A DNA stretch of 60,953 nt from Octopus bimaculoides (Eukaryota). Each line of letters begins with the position of its first letter. The stretch's first letter is position 1. The position numbers and the translations under genes are program-made. The notes beneath the pieces are model-generated. The model ran no database searches. It had not been told where the DNA came from and saw nothing but the letters and a program-made list of their open reading frames with translations. The stretch covers positions 81,416,238 through 81,477,190 of the forward strand of contig NC_068990.1 of NCBI RefSeq assembly GCF_001194135.2, given 5' to 3'. Shown here one piece after another: positions 12,311 to 24,978 of the stretch.

Positions 12311-15218
12311 AACAATTCTGACGTGATTTGTGTGTGTGTATTAGACAGAAGGTCAAGGTCATCTATATACAGCACTGCAGTCATGAGTACATTGTTCTTG
12401 CTAGTTAGCGCTATATTTTAAAAGTCCAGATCCTTTTTGGACAGACTTCGTATGTTCTAAGAAATATTTTCATGTGGGTATCATTTGATGCTTCATTGAT
12501 GTTTAAATAGTCAGCACTCGTGCAATAACACACTGGTCACAAATACGATTGATACGCCATTCAGATGGTGTTAACTTTGATGTTCATAATGTGATGTCGG
12601 CGAATAAAATCTTTGCTAGAAGCTTTTGTTCAACAAGCTATGATAATAATAGGGCATACAAAAATAATATAATAGCAGCAATAATACGAGATGTATAAAC
12701 AATAAACCAAAGCTGGACATTGATCATAGATCTGTCTTAGCCACGGTGTGAGGTTCGCACTACTGAAGAAACTTCAACGCAGTCTCTCGATCTGTAAAAA
12801 GTAGCAACCAAATATACTTCAAATTAGATCGTGCAGTCTTTAAGTAATGAACATACTGGACAAGTTACTCATACGTTTACAAAAAGACGAGAAGGTCACG
12901 CTGGGAATGGCATTGATCTTATACCTTTCCGACTAGAGTTGGACCAGGTTGACAACAACAACTCGACTTTTGTCGTTGTTGAGCGCCTGGACCAGCACAA
13001 CTGCGACTAAAGACATTCTAGTCATTACCATCACTTTCTATTCGGTCACAGGGTGTCTAGAAAGAGATTATTCAAGATAACCCTTTTGAGACGGATGAAT
13101 GGGATCGAAGAGAGTTTTTGTTGCTATTTTAGCGTGGCAACATACTACTGGCCGCCATAGTTAAAAGCACTGAAAATATGTAATGAAAGCATTATTTCTG
13201 ATAACTTACTTCCAGTTGTAATTTTCTAAGCTACTAACTCATTAAAGAAAATGAGACATTGACTATTTTCTAACTTTGCTATTCGTCTTCTGATGATGGT
13301 CAACTTATAAGGGGACAAATATAGCAAATTCTTTGTCGAGGGAACATTCTCTTTATAAATCCCAAGGCAAACTACCATTACTGTATTAGTTGAAGATGGT
13401 ATTCTCAAAATTAATGCTGAACATTTTTTAGCTGCGAATTAAACTTCAGATTATTATGGTTGTTATATAGATGTATAACACAAGCTTATGCCCTTCCTCC
13501 ATGTCATAGAGTAGAGATCATATCATTCCTTTTACGTCAAAAGTTGTGTATGTTATTAAGGAGAGAGCGAGAGAGCGAGAGAGCGAGAGAGAGATTTTCA
13601 ACTGATATGCCTCAGAGATTAAAAATATTTCTTAGATCTTAATTCACAAACCATAAAAGGAAAACAAATAAAGAAAAAAAAATAGCAAAATACTTCTATT
13701 TGGTAACGTTAAAAGAAATATTTGGCCAGTAAGACTGGAAAAAAATGAAGTAGCCTGAAAAAGTCATTAAGTTGTTTCTTTTTTAAATTTCGATAAGAGA
13801 CCCATGGGGTAAGAGAGAAAAATAAAGATTAAATCGTCAAAGAAAATTACAGTAAATCTTTCTAAAGGAAAAAGAACCTATTGTCATTAGATCTTGAAGT
13901 ATACGAAATTTAAAAGGAAAACTAAAGTTTATTCATTCTGGCGTTTTTCGCTAAAATTACAAAAATATCAAATGCAAATTGACACAGTATAAAATTTCAA
14001 TTAAGAAGTCTTGAGAAAACATTTAGAATGATCTCATGTTGTCCATGGAGTATGATAATAGAAAGCTTTGCAAGCAATCTGAAACTAGTAACAAGTTGAG
14101 AATTTGCACAAATGTTCAATATTAGTACGTGTACAATTGATTAGAAATAGTAAAACGTAAATAACACAATAACCATGATGCCTCTGGGCTGTTATTGTAA
14201 AAGATCAAAAAATTCTAGGAATTTCAAAATGGAACAGTAGAATATGAGGAAACTAATAATGGTCTGCGACCTCAGGTTCTATCATTAAAATATTAGAATT
14301 CTTTTCTTCCTTATGGCAGAATTATTTCTCTTAAATCATAAACGAACAATGAAAATGTTAACAGAGGTAAATGCTTCAGTTACTCTTATATATGGTATTT
14401 GTTGCGTTCGTGTGTGTGTGTGTGTGTGTGTGTGTTCCGAACTAGCTTCATGAAAGTCTACATTAGAGAATGGGGGGGAAAAAAAAGTAATGTCTTGTAG
14501 CTGAAAACTCAGAGCTCAGTTTTCCTTGTGATACGAAGAAATGTGTTAACTGTTTCAACTATTAATGAGAAATGCAGATACGTCGGATTAAATGTAAACA
14601 ACTTTATTGGGACACAGCGTTTTCAAAATACGTAGATGATTATCCACCATTACAAAAGGATTTACATAGGCAAATTACATCATTCTTAGCATCACATATT
14701 GAGGATGCGAAAACTGATACTGTCTGCTGTAACAATGTGGTAAAAGATGTCTTGCTTTTTGTTTACGTCACACGGATTTCATATAGAAGATTTGCACCCA
14801 TGTTTCTGTTATGGAAGAATCTTGAACACCCCGCGTGACTTGAGGTGGACTACGAACGTGTTGGTTTACCGTGTTAGTTTGACATCCGTTTGTTTGGCAG
14901 TTGGTAGTTGAACAGTGAATACTGAGTAAATTACCTACGTTTGAGTAGTACGGAATGTGTTCTTTGTTATATGTATGTATATATATATATATGCATGAGT
15001 GAGTATGCATGCATGTATATATGTGTATATGCACGAGTGTGCGCATCTACCCATTATTCCTTACTTCTTTTCTTCTCTTTTAATTCTACCCTAAGCGCAT
15101 GCGTATATTTGCATATTTCTTTCTACCTTGCGACAGAAGTGTCCATAACCATGAACAAAACATACAGGTGTATGTTCTGAAAATGTAAATTCCCAAATAA
15201 TGTGCATTTCATATTGAA

Positions 15219-15263
15219 GGCTCTGATGAGGTTAGTGGGTGTTATCGGAAACAGCTGTAAGCT
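15219..15263 (+). ncRNA. Minimal type-I hammerhead ribozyme-like motif (Penelope type)
   Basis: ggct-CTGATGA-ggttagtgggtgttatcg-GAAA-cagctg-T-A-agct. Both conserved core boxes intact, 4-bp stem I, palindromic stem III, imperfect stem II. Confidence 0.45.
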
Positions 15264-16557
15264 AATGAAGTTCATGATATAACATTTGTTTTTCCGGTGT
15301 CATCTCTTTGTTTCTATTACCACTCTATACTTATCTAACATTGTGTTCTGGACCATACGTATATTCAGTTCGCATATGTATGACGCCATGCACACATTAC
15401 TTATAAATATCGTTATTGCGTAAATCATAGCCATCTTGAAACAGCTGTTGAGATTAGACTTTGATACTCATTTATGTATTTACATATGCATACATACTAA
15501 CATATATACATATACATGCACGCACATATACTTACAACACACATATACTTACAACACACACACACATGTCTATATATAGAGAGAGAGAGGAGGAAGAAAT
15601 AGAGAGAGAATAATTGTGGATTACACAATGCACTTCTAAGATACACACATATTATTGAAGCAGTTGCGCAATTCCTGATTATTCTCTTCTTAACTTTCGA
15701 CATAGAAAAATGAAAATGTGTATATATATATAAGGAATCCAACTAATTTTATGTATGACGTGTAACACGTAAAGCAATACTCGACGTTGTATCTTACATT
15801 AAACGACTTCAGTAATCAATAGTCGTTTAGGTATTCAGCTAGCAAAAAGCACTTACATGTAATTCACTTGCAATATGGATATTTCATGATATATTATACA
15901 TTTAACGTTGGAAATAAATATAAAAGACATTCCTTTTGAAATACGTATGTCTTCTTAAACATATAAATGTTAGTGTATCTCTGGCTTTTATTCAACTCTG
16001 ACTTTATTATATTCAAATATGAATACATTTCTAATATTACAATATCATACATACATACATACATACATACATACAGGCATATTTTATATAAACATAGCTA
16101 TGTCTATATTTTTGAAATAATTTGTGTGTGTACGCATGTTCTTTGTCGAACATAAAACATGAATATTCTATATTCACTAATCAAAAACCTGTACAGAGTC
16201 CAATGTAGATATGCAGTAATGTCAAACGAGCAATAATCAGTTTTGCAAACTCAATCGTAAAGATTTTCATACTCTTAGTTAATATCAAATCCATCCTTTA
16301 TTGGCATTTATACGATTTCACGTCATCAACCATGTGACTGACTTTCCATGGCTGGTTCCATTATCCGTTAACACCTTTCACGTACTGTTGAATACATTCA
16401 TCTAAACAAGAATAGCTGTTCGAAACGTTTTGATGTTTTCTTTCTTTCATTTTTTATTTTTAATGTGAATTACTACACGCATAATATATAAATACATATA
16501 CACGAATACGCACACGCATATATGAATAAACATCGACGTAACACACACATATTCATA

Positions 16558-17106
16558 CAGTAATGCCTCGATATATAAGGTAATTCATTCCCGGAGAACG
16601 CTCGTAAAGCGAAAACTCGTAAAACTGAGCAATAATTTCCCATAGTAGCAGATGTTATAAGTTGTAATTATTTTACCTAATTTATAATACTCGTAAATAA
16701 ATGGCAATAAAACAATAGTAGAAAGTAAAGAACATTTTATGTAAAATAAAAAGAATGCCAAGATCATTTATAATTAAAAAAATATTATAATCGTTTTCTG
16801 AATCACTTTCACTCGCACTAGACTCGCACACATCATCACTTGTAGACGTGAATGCCGATTCACAAGTACTCGTAGACAGACTTGTAGATTTCTTTTTTGA
16901 AAATAAGTCTAGAGTTGTTTGCTTAGAAGAAGCTGTTTTTTGCTCTGTATAAATTTCTCGGTAACACGCAGAAGCATTTGTTTTGGTAGTAGAACCTTTT
17001 GCACTTCGTTCAAAATTTGGATCTTGTGCTTGAAAAGTTTATTATAAAATAAAACTCGTAAACTCGGGGCTAGTAGATCGGGTCCTCGTAAAGTGAGGTA
17101 TTACTA
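16558..17106 (-). mobile_element. pogo/Tigger-like non-autonomous deletion derivative
   Basis: Left end TA|CAGTAATGCCTCGA, right end GTGAGGTATTACTA|TA (imperfect TIRs, TA target duplication). Minus frame 16790-17040 reads QDPNFERSAK...ACYREIYTEQKT...KQTTLDLFSKK plus an acidic tail, typical of the pogo/Tigger C-terminus. Confidence 0.8.
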
Positions 17107-17379
17107 TATTTATATATACACACACATATATATTAACGGTCTCTTAGTTAAGGTACAATGTAAAGAGATCAACATAGGCGCCTTAATTGAATGCAATCAA
17201 TAAACATGATAGATCGATAAACAATGAAATAAAAGAAATCCTATCCACATTCCGGCAGGTTCCCGGATCTGTGTTCACATGAGAAACCAGACCTACGCTC
17301 AGAAAAGAGAAATTGTGGGATAACAGTCACACACACCACGCTATGCATAAATAGTAATGATAACTATAATATATTAATT

Positions 17380-17670
17380 AATTCGTTTATTGGCCACAAG
17401 GGCTTACATAAAATTATATTAAAACACATAAAATAACATAAAAGACAAAAACAAGGACGATATAATGGGTTTTACAACGTGTAAACAATCTAGTAACATT
17501 CAAAATTAAACAATTAAAAACTCCCAATAAGGGAAGTGCATTAAGGACCTCGTGAAAAACCCCACAAAAGTCACAGGGCAAGAGCCCTTCTCCCTTTGTT
17601 AACAGGAGCACGCTCAGAATTGGTCCTTTCACACTGGCCATTCTTCCAACATTCATCCACTATTATATAA
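17380..17670 (-). mobile_element. 3' end of a LINE (clade uncertain, possibly L1/Tx1-like)
   Basis: ORF tail WMNVGRMASVKGPILSVLL, then a T-rich 3' UTR ending gcccttgtggccaataaa on the minus strand. Confidence 0.4.
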
Positions 17671-17988
17671 TAATAACATAAAAAATACTTATATCGTCAC
17701 CTCATAATTGTGAAGGTATGTTACTTTCTGGTTAAGCTATTTAATCACGTATAGGCACAGGTGTGCGTGTGTATGTATATTTATATATTTACATATGTTG
17801 GTACATATGCACATTTATATAGAGTCTATATCATAGATATACAAGTAGATGTATATACATATATATATATGTGTGTATGGGTGTATAAGTGTGCGTCTGT
17901 GTGAGTATCCATGTATTCTTTTGTAGACTTATGTGTTTATGTATGCATTTATACACATATATTTGTATCCTTTACTCACACATAAACA

Positions 17989-18190
17989 CTATTTCGTGTC
18001 TTTTATTGCTCCCTGGTTGACCTTTACCCTTTTATCAATGTGTCCCAATAGTTTATGTAAGTCAGCTGACAACAACCTTTTCGCTATCAGTTCTCTGGCT
18101 TCCACCTTTCCCTTCGACAACCTTGAGTAAAGGATTTTATTGCTAATCCTATCCACATCCATTTTCCCTCTACCTAGCAGCATTCATTTT
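17989..18190 (-). mobile_element. RTE (BovB-like) LINE fragment
   Basis: GRGKMDVDRISNKILYSRLSKGK resembles the RTE motif GHVxRMxDxRIPKxLLYGELxxGKR. Confidence 0.6.
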
Positions 18191-19299
18191 CTTTTCGCTA
18201 AATGACTATGACTACAACTACACCCACTATTTTTCCATTTACAATGATCTTCCCACTAACTAATATTGGTCTTGTTTTTTTTTACGACTGGCCATGTAAA
18301 CTCCAAGCGCCTTGTAAACTAAAAGAGACTAAGCAGAGACAAGAGGAGCTGAAGATTAGCTTATCTGGTTTGGCATCTGTTACAATTTATGTAACAAATA
18401 TCATTTTGCTATGAAACGGTCATAGTCCTAGACTTACCGTTTCCATTCCTTACTTTTTGGATTCTTATTCATATACTTAGTAGCTTTAGTTTCTAAATCC
18501 GTGAGTTGGATGATGATCATCGGTTTATCGAAATTCCGATATAAGAAGCATGTAACTTACGGTGTGAAACATGTTTTACAGTGTATCGTCCACTTTTTGC
18601 CATCTGTATTGCTTGAAGCTTACTAACTACGTACATTTGGATACCTAGATCGTGTACATACATACATACATACATACATACATACATGCATACGTACATA
18701 CATATATATATATATATATATATANNNNNNNNNNNNNNNNNNNNNNNNNNNNNNNNNNNNNNNNNNNNNNNNNNNNNNNNNNNNNNNNNNNNNNNNNNNN
18801 NNNNNNNNNNNNNNNNNNNNNNNNNNNNNNNNNNNNNNNNNNNNNNNNNNNNNNNNNNNNNNNNNNNNNNNNNNNNNNNNNNNNNNNNNNNNNNNNNNNN
18901 NNNNNNNNNNNNNNNNNNNNNNNNNNNNNNNNNNNNNNNNNNNNNNNNNNNNNNNNNNNNNNNNNNNNNNNNNNNNNNNNNNNNNNNNNNNNNNNNNNNN
19001 NNNNNNNNNNNNNNNNNNNNNNNNNNNNNNNNNNNNNNNNNNNNNNNNNNNNNNNNNNNNNNNNNNNNNNNNNNNNNNNNNNNNNNNNNNNNNNNNNNNN
19101 NNNNNNNNNNNNNNNNNNNNNNNNNNNNNNNNNNNNNNNNNNNNNNNNNNNNNNNNNNNNNNNNNNNNNNNNNNNNNNNNNNNNNNNNNNNNNNNNNNNN
19201 NNNNNNNNNNNNNNNNNNNNNNNNNNNNNNNNNNNNNNNNNNNNNNNNNNNNNNNNNNNNNNNNNNNNNNNNNNNNNNNNNNNNNNNNNNNNNNNNNNN

Positions 19300-19345
<46 letters not shown>

Positions 19346-20969
19346 TGGTCGTTACATATTACAGTATTTACTTCGCCTGCACCGTAGAAAAAGCTGTGGT
19401 TCTATATTACATATTAGTTTCTCACGTGTTTTTTTTAAGATAAAAATGAATATTTTCGCACATGATAATTTTGTATTATACCGAGGCGAAGAACCGTTTT
19501 TACTTTTCATGTTAAACAGTTATTAAACAGTTATTCAAATCTGTAAGCCTTCGGTCTTTTCCGAACTATATATTTTCATTACGAAGCCAAATTATACAAT
19601 TTGAAAGTAAAACAAATAATTGCTAATTTACCTCGTATTTAACCCATAATGATCATAATATTCCGTTTGGACGAGTATTTCAACTTTACAGATTTTGTTG
19701 GGACGTTGTCAAGATTTAAAGTCGTATTTCTGTAGTTACAGATATCAGCTGATTTATCTTCCGTATCTACAGATATACAAATCGAGTATAAAATCTTAAA
19801 ATTGGAAATTGCACTGACGCGACCTATTATATTAAAGTATATATGCAATTGGAATATGATTATGATTAAATACACAAGCAAGACATTAATTACAATTATT
19901 TTATTGCTTAAAGTAAAGTATTTCTTTGCAATGACTGAAAATAATATCCTCATTCAAATTTAAAAGGGAATAATGGACATGGTTGTGTATAAATGTTACG
20001 AGTGTTTCGGTTAGGAATGTATGTGTGAATGAATATACACACATATATATTCCCATATACATATATACATATACATTCATGTATATTTATGTTTGTACAT
20101 TTAAATATATATATATATATATANNNNNNNNNNNNNNNNNNNNNNNNNNNNNNNNNNNNNNNNNNNNNNNNNNNNNNNNNNNNNNNNNNNNNNNNNNNNN
20201 NNNNNNNNNNNNNNNNNNNNNNNNNNNNNNNNNNNNNNNNNNNNNNNNNNNNNNNNNNNNNNNNNNNNNNNNNNNNNNNNNNNNNNNNNNNNNNNNNNNN
20301 NNNNNNNNNNNNNNNNNNNNNNNNNNNNNNNNNNNNNNNNNNNNNNNNNNNNNNNNNNNNNNNNNNNNNNNNNNNNNNNNNNNNNNNNNNNNNNNNNNNN
20401 NNNNNNNNNNNNNNNNNNNNNNNNNNNNNNNNNNNNNNNNNNNNNNNNNNNNNNNNNNNNNNNNNNNNNNNNNNNNNNNNNNNNNNNNNNNNNNNNNNNN
20501 NNNNNNNNNNNNNNNNNNNNNNNNNNNNNNNNNNNNNNNNNNNNNNNNNNNNNNNNNNNNNNNNNNNNNNNNNNNNNNNNNNNNNNNNNNNNNNNNNNNN
20601 NNNNNNNNNNNNNNNNNNNNNNNNNNNNNNNNNNNNNNNNNNNNNNNNNNNATATATATATATATATATATATACTGTGCCCCAGCATGGCTACAGCGTC
20701 AAGGCTCGAACATGTAAAAGAATATATATACACATATGTATATATACATATATTCTTATAGAGGCATGTATACTTAAATATGAATAAATATATCTATATA
20801 TGTATAATATATATATATGTTTAGTTATATTTATTTATATATCATATATGATATATAGTACAATATATTTATACATAAGTGCAAATGATTAAAACAAATT
20901 TCAAATCTTCTTGTATAAATAATTAATGTATATGTGTACATTGTACATTTATGTGTGTATGTGCGCGCA

Positions 20970-21009
<40 letters not shown>

Positions 21010-21374
21010 TATGTGTGTATCTGCGTATGCGTATACTCACGCATATACAATCATGCACATACCAATATTGATTGATTTCGTTATTTGCTGGTTTGGTTGT
21101 TTGTTATGTATTTTATCTCGTTTCGCTGCTGAAAAAAAAAAAAGCTTTTGTTTTAATAATATCTGCAAGTACACCGATAAAGCTTCAGCGACTGGCTATT
21201 TCTCGCCCAACTTAACAACTGTTCACTTTATCAATATCTGCTTTATTCCACACAGCAACAAAGCTGGGCCAAGATTTCTTGAATAGGAGACATTATAAAG
21301 TGATTGTATGCGAATGCAAATATGTGTATATGTGTGCATGTGTGTATGCCTGTGTGTCTGTGTTTGTGTGTGTT

Positions 21375-21426
<52 letters not shown>

Positions 21427-21485
21427 GAGAGAGAGAGAGAGAGAGAGACATAGGTATATAAGAAAACGCATGTGTATGCGCATAT

Positions 21486-21866
21486 ATTTATATAGATAGA
21501 TTGATAGATACATACATACATATTTACATACAAATGTTTGTATGTACAATTTTACTATGCATTCATGTATATGTGTATACATATATGTATTATGCATAGG
21601 TGTATATATATATATACACGTAATAGTGGATGTCGTGTGTATGCATTTGCGATGTTGTAAGAGTGTGTTTGTACCTATATATACAGCATGAAGTTTTGTT
21701 TAAGCATACACACGACATCCACTATTACGTGTGTATATATATATATATACACCTATGCATAATACATATATGTATACACATACACATGAATGCATAGTAA
21801 AATTGTACATACACACATTTGTATGTAAATATGTATGTATGTATCTATCAATCTATCTATATAAAT
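21486..21866. repeat. Inverted duplication, about 160-bp arms with 59-bp spacer
   Basis: 21486-21644 is the reverse complement of 21704-21866 apart from about 2 substitutions and (TA)n length. Confidence 0.95.
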
Positions 21867-23229
21867 CCCTAACTCGATGCTCTACATTTTGATATCTTAG
21901 ATGTTTTTTACTACTGCCTTGAGTCCAAAGTCATGTGGACAAAATTGCGGTAAATGGAAACTGAGGAGAACTTCGTCCGACAGATTGTCTATGTAAATCA
22001 TTTGTCCACATAATGCGCCAGAGTGATTCTGCTACTACTTTTCCCTAAAACTACAATTGTTTGTAAAATACTCAAGCACACTATAAACATATATATCCGA
22101 GCAGGTCCTTCAGCAAAAAGCTGAACTCTCATGCGTCGTATATATATATATATNNNNNNNNNNNNNNNNNNNNNNNNNNNNNNNNNNNNNNNNNNNNNNN
22201 NNNNNNNNNNNNNNNNNNNNNNNNNNNNNNNNNNNNNNNNNNNNNNNNNNNNNNNNNNNNNNNNNNNNNNNNNNNNNNNNNNNNNNNNNNNNNNNNNNNN
22301 NNNNNNNNNNNNNNNNNNNNNNNNNNNNNNNNNNNNNNNNNNNNNNNNNNNNNNNNNNNNNNNNNNNNNNNNNNNNNNNNNNNNNNNNNNNNNNNNNNNN
22401 NNNNNNNNNNNNNNNNNNNNNNNNNNNNNNNNNNNNNNNNNNNNNNNNNNNNNNNNNNNNNNNNNNNNNNNNNNNNNNNNNNNNNNNNNNNNNNNNNNNN
22501 NNNNNNNNNNNNNNNNNNNNNNNNNNNNNNNNNNNNNNNNNNNNNNNNNNNNNNNNNNNNNNNNNNNNNNNNNNNNNNNNNNNNNNNNNNNNNNNNNNNN
22601 NNNNNNNNNNNNNNNNNNNNNNNNNNNNNNNNNNNNNNNNNNNNNNNNNNNNNNNNNNNNNNNNNNNNNNNNNNNNNNNNNNNNNNNNNNNNNNNNNNNN
22701 NNNNNNNNNNNNNNNNNNNNNNNNNNNNNNNNNNNNNNNNNNNNNNNNNNNNNNNNNNNNNNNNNNNNNNNNNNNNNNNNNNNNNNNNNNNNNNNNNNNN
22801 NNNNNNNNNNNNNNNNNNNNNNNNNNNNNNNNNNNNNNNNNNNNNNNNNNNNNNNNNNNNNNNNNNNNNNNNNNNNNNNNNNNNNNNNNNNNNNNNNNNN
22901 NNNNNNNNNNNNNNNNNNNNNNNNNNNNNNNNNNNNNNNNNNNNNNNNNNNNNNNNNNNNNNNNNNNNNNNNNNNNNNNNNNNNNNNNNNNNNNNNNNNN
23001 NNNATATATATATATATATATACGAATGAGTAGATAAACGAGAGGACACTCAACATTTATTGGGAATTACATATACGGATCAAAACAGTTTGATACACAC
23101 ACACACACACACACACTCGATGGACTCTCCTGTCGAAGTCTACGTATGAGTGTTCAGCTTTTGCCGAACGGCCAACACAACTGATTTGCTAATAATGATC
23201 AGATGTATGTACTGTTCGTTAGCTCATTC

Positions 23230-23400
23230 CTTTTGTCGAATCAACGTTGCCTCAACAAATGCACGGTGTCAGGTTTCGAAGTGATCGTAGTGTAACTTGA
23301 GATGAAGTGTTTTGCTCAAGAAGACAACTCACCTCCCACTCCAGTAATTGAAACCACTACCTCGTGATCGTAAGTGCAACGCTCTAACCACTAACCCATG
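23230..23400 (-). mobile_element. Decayed short CORE-like SINE
   Basis: gaagtgttttgctcaagaagacaac and gtgatcgtaagtgcaacgctctaaccactaa match 45055-45150. Confidence 0.65.
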
Positions 23401-23423
23401 TGTCATACATATACTATTTTTTT

Positions 23424-23756
23424 ATGCGCCCTTTTGAAGCATAGCCAGGCTCATGGGCCCGGTTTCCCGGTTTCTATGGCACGCCAGTCCATCGCAGCTT
23501 TACTCAAGAAACAGGAAGAAAGAGTGGGAGAAAGTTGAGGTGAAAGAGTACAACAGGGGTCGGTACCACCCCCTGCCGGAGCCTCGTGGAGCTTTAGGTG
23601 TTTTCGCTCAATAAACACACACAACGCCCGGACTGGGAATCGAAACTGCGATCCTCCGAGTGCGAGTCCGCTGCCCTAACNNNNNNNNNNGGGAATCGAA
23701 ACTGCGATCCTCCGAGTGCGAGTCCGCTGCCCTAACCACTGGGCCATTGCGCCTCC
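23424..23756 (-). mobile_element. Chimeric tRNA-SINE: OK-like head/body with the tail of the short CORE-like SINE
   Basis: 23506-23756 matches 28255-28448, and 23424-23505 matches 44914-45020. The 10-N gap carries a false duplication of about 50 bp. Confidence 0.85.
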
Positions 23757-24151
23757 ACACACACACACACACACACACATACACACACATATATATATAG
23801 ATATATATGTATGTATATATATATATATGTATGGATGTGTGTATATGTATGTATGAATATGTGTGTGTGTGTTTGTGTTACTAAAGTGACTAAGGGAAGT
23901 AGTCAGCACTAGTATTGCTAGAAATAACAGTCAAAACAGTTCATACCCACGAGAAAGCACTTATCTTATGACTGACAAGGGAAGCAAGCTCCATACAGCA
24001 TCCGGAGCATAGCCTGATCATCAATTAAATTACCTTTGGTCATTTTAGTAATGTCTATACTTCTGCCTTTCGGTTGCAAATTGCAAATAATCCACCTTTA
24101 TTATGCGTGTGTGTGTGTGTGTGTATTCATAAATACGTGGGAGCAGAGAGA

Positions 24152-24228
<77 letters not shown>

Positions 24229-24718
24229 AGAGAAAAAAACGGATAGAATATAATGTTGAAGGTTACGAGCAAAAATACAAAAGGGGACGATTCTGCATTA
24301 CTGAATACGAGTAACGTGGGGACTCACAAATGTATTACATTGAATTGTAAAATGTCCATCAACTGATACGATGGAATGTGTTCCAAGATAAAAACTCACA
24401 CTAGGGATGCTTAATCTATAAAGAAAAAGCAATGGAAATGACTTCAATAAATTAGTTGATCGATATTTTTTTGTGAATATAGACAATATCAATTATAGTA
24501 GTTCAGGGAAGGTAGTGATTCTGCTTCTGAATAACAGCAGCATGGCTTAGGGATATAAATTCTGTCTATATGTATTCATATATAGCTTAATTTTCTTTTC
24601 AGTTGTCATTTTATATTAGCTATATTATGAATCATTATGTATGTGTCTAGCTCTGTTTCCTGCATATCTATATATGTCTGTATGTTTGAGTGTGTGTTTT
24701 ATTCATATATATGTACGT

Positions 24719-24978
24719 ACGTATGTATGTATGTATGTATGTATGTATGTATGTATTTATGTATGTATGTATGTATGTATGCATTTATGTATATATGCAT
24801 TTATGTATACATGTATGCATTTATGTATGTATGTATGCATTTGTGTATGTATGTATGTAAGTATGTATGTATGTATGCATTTGTGTATGTATGTATGCAT
24901 TTGTGTATGTATGTATGCATTTATGTATGTATGTATGCATTTGTGTATGTATGTAAGCATTTATGTATGTATGTATGT
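24719..24978. repeat. (ATGT)n microsatellite grading into a 20-bp minisatellite (gcattt[a/g]tgtatgtatgtat)
   Basis: About 9-10 periodic gcattt interruptions, mostly at 20-bp spacing. Confidence 0.9.

Noticed and set aside
18430-18610. Two minus-strand GTAAGT donors with short open frames
   Set aside because: No convincing acceptors; the hexamer is common by chance in AT-rich DNA.
18517-23056. Long ORFs of 200-350 aa spanning N runs (also 45065-46507, 48134-48844, 49160-49981, 50962-51656, 54061-55010, 56891-57834)
   Set aside because: Length comes from Ns and (TA)n/(CA)n repeats; YIYI, HTHT and SLSL translations are microsatellite artefacts.
24719-24978. CRISPR-like periodicity
   Set aside because: Contiguous tandem units with no unique spacers, eukaryotic context, no cas genes.
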